Made by a program: the position numbers and the translations under genes. 64,000 bases of DNA, taken from positions 66,690-130,689 of the forward strand of contig CAYGWB010000005.1 of NCBI GenBank assembly GCA_964353775.1, given 5' to 3'. The first letter of the stretch is position 1. Each line of letters begins with the position of its first letter. The stretch is from an uncultured archaeon (lineage in GTDB: Archaea > Aenigmatarchaeota > Aenigmatarchaeia > Aenigmatarchaeales > JAHLMS01). The notes below the pieces were generated by a model, which did no database searches, was not told where the DNA came from, and saw only the letters and a list, made by a program, of their open reading frames with translations. This document shows, piece by piece, positions 10,485 through 19,902 of this stretch.

Positions 10485-11861
10485 ATGCTGTCCAATTACT
10501 CTGCGGCCGTTTCTGCTGCGCTAAAAAAGGCCAAGACGGCAATTGGCGACCGTATCCAGATGGTTCGCGGCGGCACTGTCTATGAAGGCATACTTCTGCC
10601 CAGACCTGAAGGCGGAGACCCCGACAGCATAGTTCTCAAGCTTCCTTCTGGCTATAACATCGGCATACGACACAGGGGCGCGAAGGTAACGAAGGTCGGC
10701 CATGAGAAGCATGCGCTGGCCGAACAGTACGCGCTCGAGAAGTGGCGTGCAGGCCTAAAGCGTTCCATGTCCTATGACCCAGGGAAGCCGACCATTTCGA
10801 TACTGCATACAGGCGGCACGATCGCCAGCCGCGTCGACTATCGTACCGGAGCTGTCTTCTCATCGTTCACGCCGGCTGACCTGGTCGGAATGTTTCCCGA
10901 GCTTACAGGCATAGCAAACGTCCGCTCACGACTGATACGGAACATGTGGTCGGACGACATTCGTTTCGGACACTACGCTATAATCGCGAAAGAGATTGCC
11001 AAAGAGATCAAGGCGGGTGCAGACGGCATAATCCTTACGCACGGTACGGACACCCTCCATTACACTGCCGCCGCGTTGTCTTTCATTCTCCAGAATCTTC
11101 CAGTTCCGGTCATTCTGGTCGGTGCACAACGCTCGTCCGACAGGCCGTCCAGCGACGCGGGCATGAACCTGATATGCGCCGCGAATTTCATCGCGAAAAG
11201 CGACTGGGCGGGCGTCGCGGCCTGCATGCATGCCGACAGCTCGGATGATATCTGCTGGATACTCCCGCCGAACAAGATGAGGAAGATGCACACCAGCCGC
11301 CGAGACACTTTTCGGCCGATTAATGCAAATCCGATCGCGTCCATCGAATACAAAACCGGAAAAATCCAGTTCACGGACACGAACCATCTGAAGAGGGACA
11401 AGCTGCGAAGACTGAAGATAATGCCTAAGATGGAGGAGCGCGTTTCAATTCTGTATATCCGCCCAAACATGAGACCAGAACAGTTCGACTTCTATAGCAA
11501 GCAGAGATACAAGGGGCTCGTGATTGTTGGCACCGGTCTGGGTCACACGCCTCTGCACGTTGTCGACGATCTCACAAAAGTTCATACAAAAATAAAGGAT
11601 GCTTTGAAGAAGTTATCAAAGAACTGTGTCGTCGTGATGGCGCCGCAGACGATTTACGGTCGCATCAACATGAATGTCTACAACAAGGGCAGGGACCTGT
11701 TGGCGATCGGCGTCATCCCTGGTGCTGACATGACGCCCGAAACAGCGTTCATCAAGCTCGCCTGGCTGCTCGGCAACTATCCGCGCGTCCGCGTCGAGGG
11801 ACTGTTCAGGAAGAACTTGGCCGGCGAGATTGGCGAGCGAACGACGGAGTGGTTGCAATGA
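10485..11861 (+). CDS. gatD: Glu-tRNA(Gln) amidotransferase subunit D
   Basis: Asparaginase-type motifs ILHTGGTIAS and THGTDT, with the N-terminal GatD-specific domain. In an operon with gatE. Confidence 0.9.
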   Translation: MLSNYSAAVSAALKKAKTAIGDRIQMVRGGTVYEGILLPRPEGGDPDSIVLKLPSGYNIGIRHRGAKVTKVGHEKHALAEQYALEKWRAGLKRSMSYDPGKPTISILHTGGTIASRVDYRTGAVFSSFTPADLVGMFPELTGIANVRSRLIRNMWSDDIRFGHYAIIAKEIAKEIKAGADGIILTHGTDTLHYTAAALSFILQNLPVPVILVGAQRSSDRPSSDAGMNLICAANFIAKSDWAGVAACMHADSSDDICWILPPNKMRKMHTSRRDTFRPINANPIASIEYKTGKIQFTDTNHLKRDKLRRLKIMPKMEERVSILYIRPNMRPEQFDFYSKQRYKGLVIVGTGLGHTPLHVVDDLTKVHTKIKDALKKLSKNCVVVMAPQTIYGRINMNVYNKGRDLLAIGVIPGADMTPETAFIKLAWLLGNYPRVRVEGLFRKNLAGEIGERTTEWLQ

Positions 11862-12442
11862 CAGAAGTGAAAGTGCTGGTCGAGGGTTACGCTAAAAAAA
11901 CAAAGAACATGATGTTGGCTTCACCGACCTCAGTTTTGATAAAAGATAAAGGCGTCAACATTGTTGTGGATCCTGGCGCGAACGAAAAGAAGTTCTTAGC
12001 TGCGCTCGCAAAGCAAAAATTGAAACCCAAAGACATAGACTATGTTTTCCTTACGCATTATCATCCTGACCACATCCTTAACATCCGACTCTTTCCAGGA
12101 AAGGACATACTCGATGGCGACACCATCTATCGTGACGACAAGGAAATTGGTTTTGGGGACAAACTTCCAAAGACAAAAATCCGAGTCATCCTGACGCCCG
12201 GGCATGCGCATGAGCATGCATGTCTGCTGGTTGAGACTAAAGATGGAAGAGTGTGTATTGCCGGCGACGTGTTCTGGTGGCGTGACGATGAGGAACAGGA
12301 TACGGACGTCGACAGTCTATTATCGCACGAAGACCCGTATGAAAAAAATCATGAAGAGCTTATCAAAAGCAGGAAAAAAATTATTGCTCTGGCCGACTGG
12401 ATAATTCCTGGTCACGGCAAGATGTTCAAGGTGAAAAAATGA
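11858..12442 (+). CDS. MBL-fold metallo-hydrolase
   Basis: HxHxDH motif THYHPDH and downstream TPGHAHEH. ATGA overlap with the gatD stop (11858-11861) and with the gatE start (12439-12442). Confidence 0.7.
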   Translation: MTEVKVLVEGYAKKTKNMMLASPTSVLIKDKGVNIVVDPGANEKKFLAALAKQKLKPKDIDYVFLTHYHPDHILNIRLFPGKDILDGDTIYRDDKEIGFGDKLPKTKIRVILTPGHAHEHACLLVETKDGRVCIAGDVFWWRDDEEQDTDVDSLLSHEDPYEKNHEELIKSRKKIIALADWIIPGHGKMFKVKK

Positions 12443-14280
12443 CGCTCGATTACGAATCACTCGGATTCAAGGCCGGCATCGAGATACACAATAGGCTGGC
12501 CACTAAGCACAAGCTGTTCTGCGCCTGTCCGGCAAAGCCGTTGGCGCCTGACGTCCAGCCGATTCGGTTGCTGAAGCGTAAGCTGCGTACCGTTCCTGGT
12601 GAGCTTGGCGAGATCGATCCAGCGGCACTCCACGAGTTCCTGCGCAACAAGACTTTCGTCTATCAGGTTTATTCCAGCACATGCGAGGTCGAGGCGGACG
12701 AGGAGCCGCCGCATCCGTTGAACCCTGATGCGCTCGAGGTCGGACTATCGATAGCGGTGCTGCTCGGCTGTCGTTTACCGGACGAGATTCACGTGATGAG
12801 GAAGACCGTCATAGACGGATCGAACACGTCGGGCTTCCAGCGCACAGCGCTAGTCGGCACGGACGGTATACTCGACACGAGCCACGGACCTGTAAGAATC
12901 ACGAACGTCTGCGTTGAAGAGGAGTCTGCTGGCATAGTCGATCAAAAAGGAGAGGAAATAGTCTATCGTCTTGACCGTCTCGGAATTCCGCTCATTGAGA
13001 TAGGAACGGGACCGGACGTGAAGAGCCCTGAACACGCGCGTGAGATTGCAGAAAAGCTCGGCATGCTGGTGCGCAGCACGGGCAAGAGCCAGCGCGGAAT
13101 CGGTTCGATAAGGCAGGACGTCAACGTTTCGATTGCAGGTGGCGCGCGCATCGAGATCAAGGGCGTTCAGGAGCTCGACCTAATAGACAAGGTAATAGAG
13201 AGCGAAGTGAGACGGCAGGTCGGTCTGATGAGGCTGAAGGACGAACTGGCAAACGCGCACGTTTCTGATTATGTTGACGCCACGCATATTTTCGCATCTA
13301 CTAAGAACAAAATCATAGCGACTCAGTTGCACGCAGGCGGTCACGTCTGGGCACTGAAGCTGCCCGGATGGGCCGGACATCTCGGGTTTGAGCTATGCCC
13401 CGGACTCACGTTCGGTCGCGAGCTGGCCGATGTTGCCAGGGGCCATGGTGTCAAAGGTCTGATTCATTCCGATGAGAACATCGCAGACTACGGAATCGAG
13501 ACAGAGTTTGCCGAACTTTCCGAAAAGCTCGGTAAAGGAAGCAATGATGCCATCATCATAATTGCCGGAAAGCATGAGGCCGAATCCGCGATGAACGCTG
13601 TTCACGCTCGATGCGTTGCCGCATTGAAAGAGGTTCCGCCAGAAACCAGGGCAGCCAACCCGGAAGGCACGACAAGATATATGCGGCCTCTGCCAGGTGC
13701 GGCAAGGATGTATCCTGAGACGGACGTGCCGCCGATACCGATCACGAAGGAGATAATTGCAGGTGTAAAACTGCCGGAAACATGGGATGTCAAGCGTGCG
13801 CGATACTCCAAGATATTGCCCGGCGAACTCGTGGATACCGTGCTGCGCAGCGAGTGGCTCGATTTGTTCGAGAGTTTCATGAAGAGTTACGACCCCATGA
13901 TAGTTGCGACAACATTGACGTCCACACTGAAAGATTTGCGCCGACGCGGACATCCCGTGGATGTTATTACGGACAGGCATCTGTCAGACACGTTCATGGC
14001 CGTGAGACAAGGGCTCATGTCCAAGGAGGCTATCCCGGTCATTCTCGAGAGGCTGGCCCATGAGCCGAACCTCTTGGCAGCCGAGGCGATCGCAAAGGCA
14101 GGAATCAGCGGAATGTCGGATGCGGATCTGCGCAAAATAATCAAAGAAGTGGTGGCCAAATATCCGGAACTTGTCAAGACCAAGCGCTATTCGGCGCTCA
14201 TGGGCGAGGTAATGGTTCGCGTACGCGGTCGGGTGGACGGCCGAAAGGTCGCGTCAGCTCTAGAGGCCGAGCTCGGATAA
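12439..14280 (+). CDS. gatE: Glu-tRNA(Gln) amidotransferase subunit E
   Basis: 613 aa. N-terminal GatB/E cradle (GIEIHNRL, SNTSGFQRT), AspRS-like insertion, and C-terminal YqeY-like tail. Pairs with gatD. Confidence 0.9.
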   Translation: MTLDYESLGFKAGIEIHNRLATKHKLFCACPAKPLAPDVQPIRLLKRKLRTVPGELGEIDPAALHEFLRNKTFVYQVYSSTCEVEADEEPPHPLNPDALEVGLSIAVLLGCRLPDEIHVMRKTVIDGSNTSGFQRTALVGTDGILDTSHGPVRITNVCVEEESAGIVDQKGEEIVYRLDRLGIPLIEIGTGPDVKSPEHAREIAEKLGMLVRSTGKSQRGIGSIRQDVNVSIAGGARIEIKGVQELDLIDKVIESEVRRQVGLMRLKDELANAHVSDYVDATHIFASTKNKIIATQLHAGGHVWALKLPGWAGHLGFELCPGLTFGRELADVARGHGVKGLIHSDENIADYGIETEFAELSEKLGKGSNDAIIIIAGKHEAESAMNAVHARCVAALKEVPPETRAANPEGTTRYMRPLPGAARMYPETDVPPIPITKEIIAGVKLPETWDVKRARYSKILPGELVDTVLRSEWLDLFESFMKSYDPMIVATTLTSTLKDLRRRGHPVDVITDRHLSDTFMAVRQGLMSKEAIPVILERLAHEPNLLAAEAIAKAGISGMSDADLRKIIKEVVAKYPELVKTKRYSALMGEVMVRVRGRVDGRKVASALEAELG

Positions 14281-14292
14281 GGACTTAAAGTT

Positions 14293-14997
14293 TTGCCTGT
14301 AACTTATTTCATGTCAGACTGGCAAGTAGTCCGGCCACGCGGAAATCGCATGTATTTCCTAAAAGCCAAGGAACTTATTGGCTACATCGATAGCCTGCTG
14401 CCAGAACCGAACGGAAAGCGGTTGCTGGCGGTCTGTCCACACAACGAACTTCATCACTGGACACTTGGCTTGGTCGCACGGAGCAATGCGACGGCTTACG
14501 TACACATCGATGCGCATCCGGACGATTCCGTCGGACGCAGAGAACATAGCGATAAGATGACAATGCGCTGGGTCGACTGTGCTTCGTTCGTACAATATAT
14601 CCCAAAGTATACGGATGCGAAGACCGTTCGGATGATAGGCCCCGAGGAATCTTGGTGCGAACTGTCCAAGAACAAGACACTTAACAGGATTGTGCGACCT
14701 TATCATAACGGTCTGAAGAGAATAGACGCGAACAGTTTGAGAGACGACTCGCATCTAGATGTCAGTAAAATAGACGAATTTCTCCACGGTATTGACGACA
14801 TATATGTGAGCATAGATTTGGACGTCACGTCCAACGCTCCAAGCTATCCTTCAAGGCTGCACGGAGAAGAACTCTGCGAGGCTGTTGGGTATATGGCCGG
14901 ACACAAGAACATCTTGGCGGCCGACATATATCCGGGTCCCAATAACTATTGGGGTCATCTGATCAAGCCGCTTGTGAAGAAGATAACATCATTCTAG
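14293..14997 (+). CDS. divergent arginase/ureohydrolase-fold-like protein
   Basis: HIDAHPDD and SIDLDV resemble the arginase-family metal-binding motifs. Other family motifs were not seen. TTG start. Confidence 0.35.
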   Translation: MPVTYFMSDWQVVRPRGNRMYFLKAKELIGYIDSLLPEPNGKRLLAVCPHNELHHWTLGLVARSNATAYVHIDAHPDDSVGRREHSDKMTMRWVDCASFVQYIPKYTDAKTVRMIGPEESWCELSKNKTLNRIVRPYHNGLKRIDANSLRDDSHLDVSKIDEFLHGIDDIYVSIDLDVTSNAPSYPSRLHGEELCEAVGYMAGHKNILAADIYPGPNNYWGHLIKPLVKKITSF

Positions 14998-15936
14998 AAA
15001 TTCTATAGTGTCTATCTCTCCGTCGCTATCCATGTCGACTCCGTCTATGACGCGTGCATGCATTTTCTGATTGTACGAATTGCCCGCGCAGACCTTGTCG
15101 AAGTGCTGCATTATCGCCAGAACTGCGGCCTTCGTGCCGAAGTAGCGGCGGCCGGCTACCACCATTATCGATTTCGTCTTATCCCACGGGTTCTTGGTCT
15201 TGACTATTATTCCATAATTTTCCTGCGAATATGTCTTTCCGGAGACTGTCGACTGTAAGCGCGTAAAATAGTTGTTTTTCATCGCAACCTGAGCGAAACG
15301 GATGGGAAGCTTAGAGTTCACTTTACCGGTTATCGAGTTGACGCCCGGCCCGCCTACCAGTATCAGGTTCCTTTTCAGGTCGGCCTCCTTCACGTCCGTA
15401 TCGAACTTTATCGAGCTGGCAGGCACCTGACTGAGAAACGTACCGAAGAACAGCGCCAGGTCAGCGGCGTACAGGAAGTCGTGCGCGCGTGCAGTTGTCG
15501 GGCCGTGCGGTTCAGGATTGCCGACGATAATCAGAGCATCGAAACGGCCTTCAGTGATGAACGGTTCGAGATAGTCTTTGTAAGCTTGAGGAACAGAGAA
15601 GAGTTTCGCGGCCGGCTCCATATCCTTCAGCATGAACGCAAATGCGGGTTCGGACACCGTGTAGAAATTTGCCATGGCGCCCTGCATCATTTCCTGCCGC
15701 ATCTTTTTGACCAGGCCGCCGGCCTCTAGTCGACGAATATGATAATATATTTTCTGCTCGTGCACCTTCAGTCGTCTGCCTATTTCCTTCGGGTAGCTCG
15801 GTCTCTCAGCCAACAGTTTAAGTATTCGCCAGGCGAGCGGAGAGCTGGCCGCCCCAATCTGCGACTGTGTCAGCACATGTGCCGGCAGCATGCTCGGCTT
15901 TCCGTTTTTCTCATCGACTACCCACATGGATACCAC
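14989..15936 (-). CDS. ArsR-type winged-helix transcription regulator with large C-terminal domain
   Basis: N-terminal wHTH (SPLAWRILKLLAERPSYPKEIGRRLKVHEQKIYYHIRRLEAGGLV). The roughly 220-aa C-terminal domain is of unknown function. Confidence 0.6.
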   Translation of the reverse strand: MVSMWVVDEKNGKPSMLPAHVLTQSQIGAASSPLAWRILKLLAERPSYPKEIGRRLKVHEQKIYYHIRRLEAGGLVKKMRQEMMQGAMANFYTVSEPAFAFMLKDMEPAAKLFSVPQAYKDYLEPFITEGRFDALIIVGNPEPHGPTTARAHDFLYAADLALFFGTFLSQVPASSIKFDTDVKEADLKRNLILVGGPGVNSITGKVNSKLPIRFAQVAMKNNYFTRLQSTVSGKTYSQENYGIIVKTKNPWDKTKSIMVVAGRRYFGTKAAVLAIMQHFDKVCAGNSYNQKMHARVIDGVDMDSDGEIDTIEFLE

Positions 15937-16220
15937 TACAATTTTTATTATAATACTGTTAAAAATGTTTTCATAAAGCTTATATATAAAACAATCCTAT
16001 AGAACGGAGTGCTGCGGCCGGTGCAATCCCCAAGGAGGTGGTCCCAAACACTTTCGCGCGCCGTGTCCGCAGCCCCATAATGGTGATACAATGCTTGATG
16101 ACAAAAAAACGCAGCCAAAGACCGCAGAAGAGATTGCGCAGATAAGATATCAGCTGGAGGTCGACGAGCTCTGCTTCAGTGACATGGCAATTGATCCTGT
16201 ACCGAGGTATCGCAAAAGGC

Positions 16221-17513
16221 CTATGTCTTGACAGGCCAGCCGACGAGCGCGGCCGGCGTCGCATCAAGTACCCTGACCTTCAATTTTTCGCCCAGCAGCT
16301 CGCCGCGTTTGTTTATTATTATCGGTTTGTACGCGAAGTTCCTGGCTATCCACTGACCGCGCTCCTTGCCGGGCATGGATATCAGCGCTTCTCCGGCCCA
16401 TTCGACCCATTTCTTGTTCGTCGCAAGCGCGAGCTCGCTAGCGAGCTGGCTGGCCTTTCTGCTGCGTTCCTTGATTACGTCGTTTGACAGCTGAGCGAGT
16501 TTTGACGCCGGTGTGCCGGGTCGTGTGCCGAATTTTGATACATTGACAAAATCAGGCTTGGTCAGTCTCAGAAGATCGAGAGTCGAGTCGAACTGGGCCG
16601 TTGTTTCGCTCGGATAGCCGACTATGACGTCTGTCCATATCTGGCAGCGGTACGCTGCCCTGAATTCTTCGACTATGCGGACGAAATCCGAGGCCAGGTA
16701 TCGGCGGTTCATTGAGATGAGAGTGTCGTCCGAACCGCTCTGCACTGGTATGTGCAGGAATTTGTAGATGCGCGGGCTGTTGTACGCCTTTATCAGGTCG
16801 TCCAGTATGGGCAGCACGCTGGACGGCGTTGCCATTCCGACACGTACGCTGAATTCGCCCGGAATCTTAGTTATTGAATTCAGGAGGGCCGGCAGCTTTG
16901 GTTCGCCGCTTATGTCGAGGCCGTAGGCCGCCGTATCTTCGGCTGTCAGCCATATCTCCTTGCAGCCTTCCGCGACGGCATTCTTCACCTCGTCGATTAT
17001 CTTTCCCTTAGGGAAGCTGTGGAGCCCTCCCTTGGCGAATCTGGTCTCGCAATAGGCGCATTCTCCGATGCAGCCGCTGGCTATCTGAACGATGGCTATC
17101 ATGGGGTTTTTCCTTATTCGCGGAAAACCGAGTTTGATATCGTCCGTTTCTCCGATCAGCTCGATATGCCGTCCGTTCGATATCGCCTTTACGGCCTGCG
17201 TGATTTTCTTGATATGATGGGTGCTGACAAGATTTGCGTTCGGCGCCACCGATTTCAGCCTGTCGGCTATCGCCTCCGGCGCACAACCGGTTATTATCAG
17301 TGGCTTTCCAGGATATTTTTTCGCGAGTTCCGATAGCCTGAAAATGAGCTTGTCTTCGGTAGGTGTCTTTACGATGCAACTGTTGACTATTATGAGATCG
17401 GCAATGTTCGGCCCTTCGACGATATCATGGCCGACGCCTTTCAGCAAACCGGCCATTATCTCCCCGTCGGCCTGGTTTGCCGTGCAGCCGTAGCTCTCAA
17501 TGTGGATGCGCAC
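16221..17513 (-). CDS. mtaB: MiaB-like radical-SAM tRNA methylthiotransferase (archaeal MtaB/CDKAL1 type) with TRAM domain
   Basis: N-terminal UPF0004 Cys pattern (SYGC...NSC...TGC), radical-SAM CxxxCxxC (SGCIGECAYC), and a C-terminal TRAM-like tail. Confidence 0.85.
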   Translation of the reverse strand: MRIHIESYGCTANQADGEIMAGLLKGVGHDIVEGPNIADLIIVNSCIVKTPTEDKLIFRLSELAKKYPGKPLIITGCAPEAIADRLKSVAPNANLVSTHHIKKITQAVKAISNGRHIELIGETDDIKLGFPRIRKNPMIAIVQIASGCIGECAYCETRFAKGGLHSFPKGKIIDEVKNAVAEGCKEIWLTAEDTAAYGLDISGEPKLPALLNSITKIPGEFSVRVGMATPSSVLPILDDLIKAYNSPRIYKFLHIPVQSGSDDTLISMNRRYLASDFVRIVEEFRAAYRCQIWTDVIVGYPSETTAQFDSTLDLLRLTKPDFVNVSKFGTRPGTPASKLAQLSNDVIKERSRKASQLASELALATNKKWVEWAGEALISMPGKERGQWIARNFAYKPIIINKRGELLGEKLKVRVLDATPAALVGWPVKT

Positions 17514-17521
17514 AAGAACAC

Positions 17522-17932
17522 CTATTCAGGCCACTCGCCTACGACCGTGACGATTACTTCACGCTGTCTGGGATTTACGTCGGCCTCATAGAGCAGTATT
17601 TGCTGCCACTCGCCAAGAACGAGCTTGCCGTTGTCCACTGGCAGTGCGGCATCCGGTCCTAGTAATGCGGCCCGGATATGGCTGTATGCGTTGTCCGCAT
17701 GGTGCCACATCTTCTTTTCGCTGGCCAGTGTTTCCAGCACGTTGGCCAGGTCCTTCAACAGCGTCGGGTCGTTCTCGTTCAGCACTATCGCGGCCGTGCT
17801 GCCCGGACAGAATACCACGCATATGCCGGCGTCGAACTCAGAATTCCTTATTATGCCCCGCACCTTGTCAGTCAGGTCGTAGAACTGCTTCGGCTTGGTC
17901 GCCAATTTTATCAGCTCTGTGTGCACGGGCAT
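17522..17932 (-). CDS. YjbQ/UPF0047 family protein (secondary thiamine-phosphate synthase-like)
   Basis: Family pattern ...STAAIVLNENDP...HHADNAYSHIRAALLG...LGEWQQILLYE. Start set at the internal ATG 17930-17932. The upstream 48 codons look non-coding. Confidence 0.8.
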   Translation of the reverse strand: MPVHTELIKLATKPKQFYDLTDKVRGIIRNSEFDAGICVVFCPGSTAAIVLNENDPTLLKDLANVLETLASEKKMWHHADNAYSHIRAALLGPDAALPVDNGKLVLGEWQQILLYEADVNPRQREVIVTVVGEWPE

Positions 17933-18027
17933 GTATAAGTTCACTTCTTGTTGACAAATAAAACTTGCATCCAAGGCACCGAATGGGTTTAAATCTCTTT
18001 GTGATTTACTATTAAATAGGGATAAGT

Positions 18028-18840
18028 ATGTTACTAAACATAACCTACCTGAAGCAAGACAAGGGCAAGAAGGCACAGAGATGTGCCGAATGCCAAGATG
18101 GGCAGACTCTATATTCTACAAGACAATACCTGAACAGGCTCAATCTTGATGAGATATGGTCGTTCGAGGAAATAGCCCACGGCCTTGGAAAGCATATAGA
18201 TTCGAAAAAGGTGGAAGGCGCCGTCCATCCCAGAAGGGTGTGGTCAATGATGGGCGCATATGAGACCATATACAGGTACAAGCTTGGCGACAAATCGGTA
18301 ACTAGTGTTGAGGTGAAGGACGCCGTCGATGACATAAGAGACTACTTCCGACTCACGCAAGAACAGACGGATTCGCACAAGCGCAAGTTCATGATGGACA
18401 TGAGAAGTTCGTGCCGTCATGCTGCCCAGAGACTGAAGTATCTCGAACTGGGCGACCGCGGTACTGGAAAGCGGTTGATGGCGAAACGGAATGAGATGGA
18501 CGAAAAAATCTCACGCATCGACCAGAACCTCAAATACGGAGGGATGATATCGGATGCATTCCTCAGCGGTTTCGGTTTCCTCGTATCTATGATATTAACG
18601 AAAGATCCTATGATCGGAGCGGCCACGGCCCTAGGAACAGGCGTAGCGAGGGTGGGCGACACCATAGCCTACAATCGCGCGAACAGGCGTAAAGATGCAA
18701 TAAGCAAAGAATATCTGCCGCAGATAAAAACGCTCGAGGACAAGATGGCATTCCATCGGGATAAGATAACTGTGCAGACCATCACCGAGATTATAAACTA
18801 TATGGGGGACGACATACCGAACTCTGTCGTAGAGGCATAG
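18028..18840 (+). CDS. hypothetical protein with C-terminal hydrophobic segments
   Basis: 270-aa ORF. TATA-like GTTTAAATC lies about 35 nt upstream. Two hydrophobic stretches near residues 175-215. No family recognised. Confidence 0.45.
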   Translation: MLLNITYLKQDKGKKAQRCAECQDGQTLYSTRQYLNRLNLDEIWSFEEIAHGLGKHIDSKKVEGAVHPRRVWSMMGAYETIYRYKLGDKSVTSVEVKDAVDDIRDYFRLTQEQTDSHKRKFMMDMRSSCRHAAQRLKYLELGDRGTGKRLMAKRNEMDEKISRIDQNLKYGGMISDAFLSGFGFLVSMILTKDPMIGAATALGTGVARVGDTIAYNRANRRKDAISKEYLPQIKTLEDKMAFHRDKITVQTITEIINYMGDDIPNSVVEA

Positions 18841-18872
18841 AAATAAGAGTTACGACAGCATGATGTGATAAT

Positions 18873-19181
18873 ATGAATTACCAGACTCTCTCGACAAAGG
18901 TTGATACCTATAATGGTTTCAGCAATCTCAGACAGGAAGCGGACCAAGCGCTGGAAAACAACGATAATGAAAAAATTCACATCGTTTATTCAAATGCCGT
19001 GAAATTACTAAAAACGATGTTGGGCACAAGCAAGGAAATAGGTCTGGGTGATGGCGGCGGAGAATTGCGGCGCAAGATAGGTTCTAAGATAGATTCTGTA
19101 CAGAACGTTATTGATTATATTGAAGGGAAGGCTGGAGAAAAGAAGATTGAATTGCCTAACCGCGAAACAATTCTGCCTTGA
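18873..19181 (+). CDS. hypothetical helical protein
   Basis: 102-aa ORF, predicted all-helical. No family recognised. Confidence 0.35.
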   Translation: MNYQTLSTKVDTYNGFSNLRQEADQALENNDNEKIHIVYSNAVKLLKTMLGTSKEIGLGDGGGELRRKIGSKIDSVQNVIDYIEGKAGEKKIELPNRETILP

Positions 19182-19824
19182 TTATTTTCAAGATGCCGCT
19201 ATCGCCGCTCCACGAGGATCCGGTCACGGTTTTTATTTTTCCTTTGAACAACGGACAGGCCAGCACGGCAGTCTCGTACTCTCCGCCCTCGCCGGAAATA
19301 TGGACGCCGTACTTCCTGTTTAATCTCTCCAGCTCATCGATCGTTTTCTTGTCCATTTTTCTACCGAGCCAGCTCTTGTCGAAACCTTCAGCCGCTACAG
19401 CCGTGAATATTATTTCAAAGTCGTCAGCCAGCATAGCGTTCAACAGCTCTTTCGGCTCCTTGCCCCAGAGCGGTGCGAACAGTTCTATGTCAATCTCCTC
19501 GCAGATAGTTTCGATTCTCTTTTTCTGGTAGTTCGATGCGATCGCACCGCATACGATGCCGTCTATTTCCAGTCCCGCGAGCGTCGTGAGCAGTTCGGCG
19601 AACTCGTTCTCCTTGTCGCCTTTGGTCTTCACGACGATGAGCGGTATGCCGGCGGCCTTCGCCTGCAGCTCCGTCAGCTCGATCGCTGCCGTGTGCCACA
19701 TCCAACTCTCGGTATTGTCAGATTTTACAGTCACCAAATAGGCTATTTCATGGCCTTCGCGTTCAGCCAGCAGAGCAGCGTAGGCGGAGTCCTTACCACC
19801 CGAAAAAAGAGCAGCTAGCCGCAT
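19156..19824 (-). CDS. dph6: diphthine-ammonia ligase (Dph6 / MJ0570-type PP-loop ATPase)
   Basis: PP-loop LFSGGKDS. Family motifs GAIASNYQKKRIE, PLWGK, GEGGEYET. Start set at the internal ATG 19822-19824, with a TATA box 22-29 nt upstream. Confidence 0.85.
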   Translation of the reverse strand: MRLAALFSGGKDSAYAALLAEREGHEIAYLVTVKSDNTESWMWHTAAIELTELQAKAAGIPLIVVKTKGDKENEFAELLTTLAGLEIDGIVCGAIASNYQKKRIETICEEIDIELFAPLWGKEPKELLNAMLADDFEIIFTAVAAEGFDKSWLGRKMDKKTIDELERLNRKYGVHISGEGGEYETAVLACPLFKGKIKTVTGSSWSGDSGILKIIKAELFRG

Positions 19825-19845
19825 AACAGGGCTTGTTTTCGACGG

Positions 19846-19863
19846 TTTAAATACCTTTATATG
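19846..19863. promoter_or_regulatory. divergent TATA-box region between dph6 and tbp
   Basis: GGTTTAAATACCTTTATATG. TTTAAATA lies 22-29 nt from the dph6 ATG on the minus strand. TTTATATG lies about 40 nt upstream of the tbp TTG start, which is preceded by a GAGGT SD. Confidence 0.5.
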
Positions 19864-19902
19864 CCATTTAAACCACCTAACATTCGATAGGAGGTTGGTT
19901 CT

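Noticed and set aside
16091-16100. A possible C/D-box sRNA, because TGATGA (a C box) occurs at about 16095.
   Set aside because: I found no CTGA D box at a suitable distance (about 50-70 nt) and no terminal stem.
17933-18076. The 48-codon N-terminal extension of the YjbQ-like ORF.
   Set aside because: The family-conserved sequence starts at MPVHTELIK, and the extension overlaps the start of the divergent 18028 gene and promoter-like AT-rich DNA.
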